From Candidatus Baldrarchaeum yapensis (lineage in GTDB: Archaea; Asgardarchaeota; Baldrarchaeia; Baldrarchaeales; Baldrarchaeaceae), in NCBI GenBank assembly GCA_016840465.1, contig JAEOSH010000014.1:1-32000 (forward strand): a stretch of 32,000 nucleotides of DNA, in the 5' to 3' direction. Every line of letters begins with the position of its first letter. Positions within the stretch are counted from its first letter, which is position 1. The position numbers were made by a program, and so were the translations under genes. Positions 25,145 to 32,000 of this stretch are shown here, piece after piece. The notes below the pieces were generated by a model that saw only the letters and a list, made by a program, of their open reading frames with translations, was not told the origin of the DNA and searched no databases.

Positions 25145-26479
25145 TTGAGCGGGATTTTCGGAATTTTCGCGTTTGATGAGATATGGCGCGTTTCCAAATT
25201 CGTATATTACGGACTCCTGGCCCTCCAAACAAGAGGCCAGGAGGTTTGTGGAATAGCGTGTGGAGGATCGGACGGAATAGTAACATGTGCAAAGAGGGGC
25301 TACGTCGATCAATCCTTCAAGGAGAATGAGTTAGAAGGAATAGGCGGATGGTACGGCATCGGCTACGTGGGCGCGGACCCCCAAAATGTACAACCCGTGA
25401 CGGTCCGCCATAACGGCATCACCGTTTCCGTCTGCTATTCCGGGAGAATATTTAACCTGCGGGAGCTCACGAAAAGGTACAATCTCCCGGAAAAGGAAAA
25501 CGAAAGCATACTGTTTGCGAAGATTCTGGCATCGGAAGTTAGAAAGAGTGGTCCCATGAACGCCGCCGCGCTTCTGATGGAAGAACTTGAGGGTGTGTAC
25601 ACGGTGCTGGCAATAACAGACCAAAAGGAGATGGTTGCCTTCAGAGATTCACATGGCGTGAAGCCGCTGACAATCGGGAGTTATGGATTCGATTATGGAG
25701 CAATAGCATCCGAAAGCGCAGGACTAGAAGTCATAGGCGCCGACTACAAGTCCGACATCATGCCAGGCGAGATATACCTCTTTACAAGCTACAGCATAGA
25801 AAGAGAGCAGGTGAGAGCTCCACAACCGAAATACTGCGCATTCGAGTACGTGTACTACGCCCGCCCCGACTCCATAATAAACGAGAAGTCGGTGTACGAT
25901 GTAAGGGTGAAAATAGGCGAGTACCTCGCAAAGGAGAGCCCCGTTGACGTGGATGTTGTCGTAGGTGTGCCTGAAACGGCAATACCCTTCGCAATGGCGT
26001 ATTCAAATGCCACCGGAACACCCATAGCCATGGGATTCATGAGAACGGGGCGCCACACAAGAACCGCAATAAAGCCCACGTACTTCGAGAGACTCGTGGG
26101 GGTGCAGCTGAAGCTTAACCCCATAAAGAGCGTGTTCTCCGGCAAAAGGGTCCTGATAATCGACGACAGCGTCGTGAGGGGAACCACAATGAAGAACGTA
26201 ATACACCTTCTCAGAAACAAGATGGGGGCCAAGGAGGTGCATGTGAGGATCGGTAGCCCCCGACTCGTGAACCCCTGCCCCTACGGAACCGAGGTCCCCA
26301 CCCGCGACGAACTGATAGCCGCAAACCTGAGCGAGGAGGAGGTCGCAATAGTCACCGGCGCGGACTCCTTCAAGTGGCTCTCGATAGACTCCCTCATCAA
26401 AGCGATCGGATTTCCACGCGAGTACCTCTGCCTTAGGTGTTTTGGAGGTGATGGGGATGAAGGTCCTACTCATAGGTAG
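25145..26479 (+). CDS. purF: PurF paralog lacking the glutaminase catalytic residues
   Basis: TTG start after GGGGTGA gives M-S-G-I-F-G (Ser instead of Cys1). QTRGQ, GYVGA and YSG replace QHRGQ, GHVRY and FNG. PRPP motif IIDDSVVRGTT and Fe-S Cys (CAFEYVY, PCPYG, CLRC) are retained. Confidence 0.88.
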   Translation: MSGIFGIFAFDEIWRVSKFVYYGLLALQTRGQEVCGIACGGSDGIVTCAKRGYVDQSFKENELEGIGGWYGIGYVGADPQNVQPVTVRHNGITVSVCYSGRIFNLRELTKRYNLPEKENESILFAKILASEVRKSGPMNAAALLMEELEGVYTVLAITDQKEMVAFRDSHGVKPLTIGSYGFDYGAIASESAGLEVIGADYKSDIMPGEIYLFTSYSIEREQVRAPQPKYCAFEYVYYARPDSIINEKSVYDVRVKIGEYLAKESPVDVDVVVGVPETAIPFAMAYSNATGTPIAMGFMRTGRHTRTAIKPTYFERLVGVQLKLNPIKSVFSGKRVLIIDDSVVRGTTMKNVIHLLRNKMGAKEVHVRIGSPRLVNPCPYGTEVPTRDELIAANLSEEEVAIVTGADSFKWLSIDSLIKAIGFPREYLCLRCFGGDGDEGPTHR

Positions 26480-27932
26480 TGGATCACGTGAGCACGCAAT
26501 TGCGGACGCCCTTGCCAGAAGCGTGCATGAGCCGAAGATTTTCGCAGTAATGTCAAATAGAAATCCCGGCATTATCAGGATCTGTGAGAGCACGGGAGGA
26601 GAGTACTTCATCGGAAAGATCACAGACCCCCAATTTGTCAGAGAAATAGGAGAAAGAGTATCCCCCGACTTCGCGTTCATCGGACCGGAAGAACCCCAGT
26701 TCCATGGAGTATCCGATGCACTTGAGGAGGCGGGCATTCCGTGTGTCGGCGCAAGGGAGAAACTTAGTGAGATAGAGAGGTCGAAGGCATTCATGAGGAG
26801 GCTCATGTGGAAGTACAGGATACCCGGAAGGCTAAGGTTCAAAGCATTCAAGAACGTGGAGGAGGCGATCGCCTACATCAAGGAGTACGCCGAAAGCATC
26901 GCACTAAAGCCGGCAAGGCAGGCGGGAGGCAAGGGAGTCAAGGTGATCGCGGACATACAGGCGTACCTCAGGAGGGAGAGGACCGAGGTCAAGGAGAAGC
27001 ATGCAAAGAAGATCTACGAGGAGCACATGAAACCGTACGACGACATAGAGGACAAAATACTGATAGAGGAGAAGGTCGACGGGCCGGAGTACACCCTCCA
27101 GTGCTTCACCGATGGAAGGACGGTGCTCCCCCTGCCCCTGGTCCAAGACAATAAGAACGCCTTCGAGATGGACATAGGGCCGGAAACCGGCGGGATGGGG
27201 TCGATATCGGGGAAGGGCTTTCTACTACCATTCATTGAGGAGGATGAGTTCCGAGAGTCAGTGAAAATAGTGGAATCCGTGGTGAGGGCCCTAGAGAAGG
27301 AGTTCGGCATGAGATATCACGGCGTGATCTCCGGTCAGATGATGCTCACCGCCCTCTGGGGACCCACGATCATAGAATTCTATTCCCGGTTCGGAGACCC
27401 CGAGGGCGTGAACGTCCTCCCGATACTCAAAACCGACCTCGTCGAAATATCCGAGGCAGTAATCTCGGAGAAACTCCACAAGATGAAGATAGAGGTGGAG
27501 GAGAAGGCAACCGTCGTCAAGGCAATAGCCCCTCAGGGATACCCCAACAGGAGAGATCTCGCAAAGGGGCACCCGATAGCCGTGGACGAAAGGGCAATAG
27601 AGGAGCAGGGAGCAAGGGTCTTCTACGGCTCCGTGAACGTCGATAACGGAAGGTTGATAACTGGTGGCTCACGCGCCGTGGAGATATTCGCATGCGCCGA
27701 AACAATAGAGGAGGCGAGCAAGATCGTGGATAAATGCGTTAAGTACGTTAGATGCCTGGACGGATGGGGGCTCTTCTACAGAAGTGACATAGGCTCGAGC
27801 ACCCTCCTGCACAGGAGAATGGAACTCGCAGAGCTGGTGAGGAACGTCTACCGCTACAGGAGGTCCAAGGGCATCATCGGGATCAAGATAGACTGGATTC
27901 CCGGAGTTGGAAAAATAGTGTACGAGAGCTGA
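26457..27932 (+). CDS. purD: Phosphoribosylamine-glycine ligase
   Basis: MKVLLIGSGSREHAIA, IGPEEP, KPARQAGGKGV, EEKVDGPEY, QDNK..GPETGGMG, EFYSRFGDPE. ATG 26457 follows GGAGGTGA. Confidence 0.96.
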   Translation: MKVLLIGSGSREHAIADALARSVHEPKIFAVMSNRNPGIIRICESTGGEYFIGKITDPQFVREIGERVSPDFAFIGPEEPQFHGVSDALEEAGIPCVGAREKLSEIERSKAFMRRLMWKYRIPGRLRFKAFKNVEEAIAYIKEYAESIALKPARQAGGKGVKVIADIQAYLRRERTEVKEKHAKKIYEEHMKPYDDIEDKILIEEKVDGPEYTLQCFTDGRTVLPLPLVQDNKNAFEMDIGPETGGMGSISGKGFLLPFIEEDEFRESVKIVESVVRALEKEFGMRYHGVISGQMMLTALWGPTIIEFYSRFGDPEGVNVLPILKTDLVEISEAVISEKLHKMKIEVEEKATVVKAIAPQGYPNRRDLAKGHPIAVDERAIEEQGARVFYGSVNVDNGRLITGGSRAVEIFACAETIEEASKIVDKCVKYVRCLDGWGLFYRSDIGSSTLLHRRMELAELVRNVYRYRRSKGIIGIKIDWIPGVGKIVYES

Positions 27933-27943
27933 GGTGCGTGGCA

Positions 27944-29026
27944 ATGGCTAAGGATAGGGTTAGGGTTGCAGCGATCCAGATATACATGCACGGGGTCCCG
28001 AGCGAGGAGAGGTGGAGAAAGCACATCCACTGGATGAATGAGGCGGTGAGGCTCGGTGCGGACCTCATATGCACGACGGAGTTTTTCCTGGGAGGCGAAA
28101 CTTACTGGAGAAAGGAGAGAATAGAGTTCTTCAGGAACTTCTGCAAAGAGAATGGGGTGTACGTCGCGGCGCACTCCTACCAGAGGGTCAAGTTGGATGG
28201 AGACAAGCGGGTGACCAAGAGCAGAATAATATTCTTCGCCCCCGGTGGCGAAATCATCGGAACCTTCGACAAAGTGCATCTCTACCCCACCGATGTCCAC
28301 TTGGCACGCGCGACGCAGGGTACCGACTTCCCGGTGTTCGACACCAAAATTGGAAAAATAGGGTTTGGGGTCTGCGAAGACCTCATGATCCCGGAACACA
28401 TACGATGCCTCAGGTCAAGAGGCGCCGAAATAGTGATAATCCCGAGCAGAATGCCGGGGAACTATCTCGTCTGCTGGAAGGATGTCGCAGTTGTGAGGGC
28501 AATAGAGAGCTGCGTCTACATAGTGACAATAGGGGAGGCGGGAATGCACGCGGTGGGGACCCTCGCGGTGAGCCCGCGCCTCGATAATCCAATAGTTGCC
28601 GAAATGGGTCCCCACGAGGGCGTGATGATCGCAGACCTGGATCTCGCATGGCTCAGGTCCGAGCGCAATCGGAAACCAGTACTCGATCAACTCAGGAAAA
28701 AGGAGGATGTCGAGGAACTTTCCGTGAAGACGAAGGTCCACGACTTCGTTTTTAGGCTTGAGGACTGGCAACCTGAGCTGTACATTCCGGTGTACGCGGC
28801 GGCAAGCATCGACAAGAGGGTCAGGATGTTTTCGGAGAAGGGGATATGGGTCGAAAGGGAGGTTGTGGAGAGGTTGCTGGACACCTACAGCCGACTGATG
28901 ACTGTGGTAGCCCAAATAGAGGAGATCGCTGACGAGAACCTCAAGGTGCGGCTGCCATCGATCGCGGTAATAAAAAGCGATTTTGAATTCTTAAAACGCC
29001 TCTTAGAGGTGCTGAAGGGTGAGTGA
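27944..29026 (+). CDS. Carbon-nitrogen hydrolase (nitrilase superfamily) with C-terminal extension
   Basis: RVAAIQ start, catalytic triad Glu (CTTEFF), Lys (FDKVHLY), Cys (GVCEDL), [23 protein letters not shown]. About 66 extra C-terminal residues. Confidence 0.9.
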   Translation: MAKDRVRVAAIQIYMHGVPSEERWRKHIHWMNEAVRLGADLICTTEFFLGGETYWRKERIEFFRNFCKENGVYVAAHSYQRVKLDGDKRVTKSRIIFFAPGGEIIGTFDKVHLYPTDVHLARATQGTDFPVFDTKIGKIGFGVCEDLMIPEHIRCLRSRGAEIVIIPSRMPGNYLVCWKDVAVVRAIESCVYIVTIGEAGMHAVGTLAVSPRLDNPIVAEMGPHEGVMIADLDLAWLRSERNRKPVLDQLRKKEDVEELSVKTKVHDFVFRLEDWQPELYIPVYAAASIDKRVRMFSEKGIWVEREVVERLLDTYSRLMTVVAQIEEIADENLKVRLPSIAVIKSDFEFLKRLLEVLKGE

Positions 29027-29465
29027 GGAGATAGAAGTCGCAATAGTAATGGGAAGTAAAAGTGATGAGCACGTTGCCAAAAAGGCGGCTGACGCCCTTT
29101 CTGAGTTGGGGATAAAGTACGAAGTTAAGATCCTTTCCGCCCACAGAAACCCCGATGAACTGCGTGAATACATCAGAAAATGCAAAGCTAAGGTTTTCAT
29201 CGCAATAGCCGGGCTTTCGGCACACCTTCCCGGATTCATAGCATCACACACCGATAAACCGGTGATAGGAGTCCCCGTTAACGTACAACTCGGCGGACTC
29301 GATGCCCTTCTTTCCATGGTCCAGATGCCCCCGGGTGTGCCAGTAGCGACCGTGGGAATAGACAATGGCAGAAACGCCGCACTTCTCGCCGCAAGAATAC
29401 TCGCATTGTTCGATGAAAGGATAAAGAGAAAGTTGGAGGAGGCGAAAAGTGAGAGGAGAGGGTAG
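29019..29465 (+). CDS. purE: N5-CAIR mutase / AIR carboxylase
   Basis: [65 protein letters not shown]. Confidence 0.97.
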   Translation: MSEEIEVAIVMGSKSDEHVAKKAADALSELGIKYEVKILSAHRNPDELREYIRKCKAKVFIAIAGLSAHLPGFIASHTDKPVIGVPVNVQLGGLDALLSMVQMPPGVPVATVGIDNGRNAALLAARILALFDERIKRKLEEAKSERRG

Positions 29466-30531
29466 CGGGTGGACGTACGCAAAAGCGGGTGTCGATGAAG
29501 GGAAGGTTTCCAAAGCCTTATCCGGAGTTTGGAAGATGCTCATAGAGACCTTTGATTTTAGAAAGGGAAGAAAAGCTCACCCCTTGAACGTGATAGGGCA
29601 CTACGCTGGACTATTAGATGTGGGAACGGACGTCCTGCTGGCATTGCACGTAGACGGAGTGGGCTCAAAGGTTCTAGTGGCGCAAATGCTGAACAAATAC
29701 GACACGGTGGGTATAGACCTCGTGGCGATGCACGCAAACGACCTCATATCGATAGGGGCCGAGCCGGTGGCACTCGTAGATTACCTAGCTGTTAAGGAAC
29801 CCGACGAGCAACTCATCCAAGAAGTCATGAAGGGAGTCGTGGAAGGGGCAAAGATCGCGAGAATGTGCGTGATAGGAGGAGAAACGGCGGTATTGCCAGA
29901 CGTAATCACCGGATACGAGAGCGGCAAGCCATTTGACCTTTCGGGGATGAGCCTGGGCGTCGTTGAGAGGGATAAGGTCATACTGGGAGATAAGGTCGAG
30001 GTGGGAGACGCCGTGATAGGGCTCGCGAGCAGTGGGATCCACTCCAACGGTCTCACACTTGCAAGGAGGGTTCTCTTCGAGGAGGCGAAAATACCACCCT
30101 CCGCGTACATTGAGGAGTTGAGGAAAACACTAGGGGAGGAGTTACTCACTCCCACGAGGATATACGTTGACGAGGTGCTGAGCATTTTAGAAAGCGGAAT
30201 AGAAGTTCACGGGCTGGCGCACATAACGGGTGGCGCGTTCACAAAGCTGAAGAGGATCTCGAGAGGAAGGGTCAGGATAAGGCTGGATAAGATGCCGGAG
30301 CCTCAGCCGATATTTAAGATGATACAGCGCCTGGGAAATGTCGAAACGGAGGAAATGTACAGGACGTTCAATATGGGAATCGGATTCGTAATAGTGGCGC
30401 CGCGGCGGGAGATTGAGAACATATCATCGGTACTGGAGGAAAAGAGAACTACATACTACGTCCTTGGCCGAGTTGAAAGCGGATCCGACATCGTCATAAG
30501 AGCGTATGATGGAACCCTCATTGTTTTCTGA
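29449..30531 (+). CDS. purM: AIR synthetase (phosphoribosylformylglycinamidine cyclo-ligase)
   Basis: [64 protein letters not shown]. Confidence 0.97.
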   Translation: MRGEGSGWTYAKAGVDEGKVSKALSGVWKMLIETFDFRKGRKAHPLNVIGHYAGLLDVGTDVLLALHVDGVGSKVLVAQMLNKYDTVGIDLVAMHANDLISIGAEPVALVDYLAVKEPDEQLIQEVMKGVVEGAKIARMCVIGGETAVLPDVITGYESGKPFDLSGMSLGVVERDKVILGDKVEVGDAVIGLASSGIHSNGLTLARRVLFEEAKIPPSAYIEELRKTLGEELLTPTRIYVDEVLSILESGIEVHGLAHITGGAFTKLKRISRGRVRIRLDKMPEPQPIFKMIQRLGNVETEEMYRTFNMGIGFVIVAPRREIENISSVLEEKRTTYYVLGRVESGSDIVIRAYDGTLIVF

Positions 30532-30548
30532 CAATCCTCCAATATCCT

Positions 30549-30587
30549 CTTTATTTGCTTTTTACAAATAATTCGCCTTTTTGTAAA
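30549..30587. terminator. T-rich tract and small inverted repeat between convergent genes, possible terminator
   Basis: CTTTATTTGCTTTTT after the purM stop; TTTACAAA/TTTGTAAA arms at 30561-30568 and 30580-30587. Confidence 0.35.
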
Positions 30588-30636
30588 TGAGAAAAGAAAT
30601 GAATGGAAGTTTTGCTAAGCAGCTCCCAATCTGTTT

Positions 30637-30825
30637 TTACCAGAATAATGGGTACACCGCTATTCCCGCTAGGATTATGAACACCACTATGACCGTTGCC
30701 GCCGCAAGTATTCTCTTCCTTCCCTTAAACGCGCTCAGGAAGCCCTGCATCCAATAAAGCAGTATGAGGAGGATGCCGCTGCACACCATCAAGATCCATA
30801 GAGCGATGCACAGCACCAGATGCAT
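30637..30825 (-). CDS. Small two-TM membrane protein
   Basis: 62 aa, two hydrophobic helices separated by the basic loop KGRKR. Starts 15 bp after the upstream gene on the same strand. Confidence 0.7.
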   Translation of the reverse strand: MHLVLCIALWILMVCSGILLILLYWMQGFLSAFKGRKRILAAATVIVVFIILAGIAVYPLFW

Positions 30826-30840
30826 CCTACCACGCCTCTA

Positions 30841-32000
30841 TCAAATCTCGATGTTGGTATTGTTGAACTCCACGATCGCCCAGCGGTCCTCGACCTTGAT
30901 CGCTACTAGGTGCACCTTATCTCCCGGTTTCGTCAGCAGCAACTCGTACCACTGGGTGACGTTCAGATCCTGAGCGGTGGCTTCCACAAAGTACGTTTCG
31001 GTGCCGCTCACGTTTTTCACGTAGAGAACCACATGCGTCTCCCCATCGCTGATGTAGCTTGTGACATTGAGCACCTCGAAGTCTCCCTCTATCCTGTTCT
31101 GATATCCCACCCCGACGGCCCTCGCTAGGACCCTCTTGTAGCCCTCTACAACCCTCGCCACGAAGTCACTGCCGTGCTCGTTCTCCTCAATTTCCGCCCA
31201 GTAGAAGTAGCTTATATTGTGCGCGTTTATCAAAACCAGCCCCTTCAGGAGGATCGTCGCCTCCTTTCTCCAGTAAATCGGAACGTACCACGTCCACACG
31301 GTCTCGTTCGTTATCGGATGCTTAACGGGGTACAGCATCCCCATGGTTGCAAAGTACTCGCCAACCGCCGGCTTCGGGAACAGAGACTCAGCGTAGTCGT
31401 GAGCAACCCTTCCACTTATGAGACCAAGCCTGCGGAAGTCGTGGAACACGATACCCTCCTTGCTGATCCTGAAGATCCCCGCAAGCGTCCTATCATTCCC
31501 CAAGGGGTGCACGTGTATGAACGCCTCGACCCTCATGGTGTCCGGGTTTATTATGTACCTCGTGTCCTCGGACATCTCGAGGCGGTCCATCGACGCCGGA
31601 ATCGTGAGGAATCCCCGGGCGAAGAAGTCTATCGTCCCGTTCCTGTAATACTGCCCGATGTTGGAGACTATCGACTCTATCAGGTCCTCATCGCATATCT
31701 GGGGGATCCAGTCGGGCGCATCCGCTGGCTCGTATCTCCCAACAATCCTCCCCTCACTGTCAAATACGAGAATCTCCCCGGGAACGTCATACAGGTAAGG
31801 CGTCACCTCCACCCTCATCAGGACAAGCACAATCTCCCCCTTGTCGTCAAAGGTGAAGTACGCCCTCGACGCGGTTATGCTCGTGTCCTCGAGGAAACTC
31901 TTCAGGAAAACCTCTCTCCCTCCTAGCAAAACGTTGCCCACGTAGAACCTCTTCTTTATGAGATCTGGAGGCCTGAGAGGGTCATTTGCATGCACGACTA
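30841..32000 (-). CDS. Hypothetical, probably extracellular or membrane-anchored glycoprotein, 5'-truncated by the window edge
   Basis: Frame is open to the edge (>384 aa), beta-rich. Seven N-x-S/T sequons (NGT, NET, NIS, NVT, NVS, NVT, NNT). Confidence 0.8.
   Translation of the reverse strand, partial: VVHANDPLRPPDLIKKRFYVGNVLLGGREVFLKSFLEDTSITASRAYFTFDDKGEIVLVLMRVEVTPYLYDVPGEILVFDSEGRIVGRYEPADAPDWIPQICDEDLIESIVSNIGQYYRNGTIDFFARGFLTIPASMDRLEMSEDTRYIINPDTMRVEAFIHVHPLGNDRTLAGIFRISKEGIVFHDFRRLGLISGRVAHDYAESLFPKPAVGEYFATMGMLYPVKHPITNETVWTWYVPIYWRKEATILLKGLVLINAHNISYFYWAEIEENEHGSDFVARVVEGYKRVLARAVGVGYQNRIEGDFEVLNVTSYISDGETHVVLYVKNVSGTETYFVEATAQDLNVTQWYELLLTKPGDKVHLVAIKVEDRWAIVEFNNTNIEI

Noticed and set aside
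1-32000. tRNA, rRNA, CRISPR array, transposase or integrase
   Set aside because: No intergenic T-loop or cloverleaf, no regularly spaced direct repeats, and no ORF with DDE, tyrosine- or serine-recombinase motifs were seen by eye.

Overview
Archaeal chromosomal window (about 50% GC, GGTGA/GGAGG-type RBSs, TATA/BRE promoters, overlapping start/stop codons). The PurP pair, tandem purF, long PurD and insertion-type glutamine synthetase suggest a TACK- or Asgard-like, probably thermophilic host; this is inference. Left part (1-11.6 kb): partial enoyl-CoA hydratase, glnA, a membrane ORFan, an SPL-like radical SAM protein, an archaeal AAA ATPase, a GpgS-like glycosyltransferase, adenine deaminase, OsmC and RidA proteins and an ADP-forming acyl-CoA synthetase alpha subunit. 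Middle (11.6-17.1 kb): accessory stretch with an inverted-repeat element, an ESCRT-II-like tandem winged-helix protein whose N-terminus carries paired PPxW motifs, a GC-rich structured-RNA candidate, small regulators, a 401-aa ORFan and an ATPase-DUF234 protein. Right part (17.1-30.5 kb): divergent de novo purine cluster (two purP-family genes; purC-S-Q-L-F-F'-D-[nitrilase-family gene]-E-M), then a small membrane protein and a truncated likely glycoprotein. No tRNA, rRNA, CRISPR array or transposase was found. Best leads: the ESCRT-II-like protein, the nitrilase-family gene coupled into the pur operon near a Cys-less PurF, and the structured RNA at 13051-13145. Family calls come from recognised motifs, not database searches.
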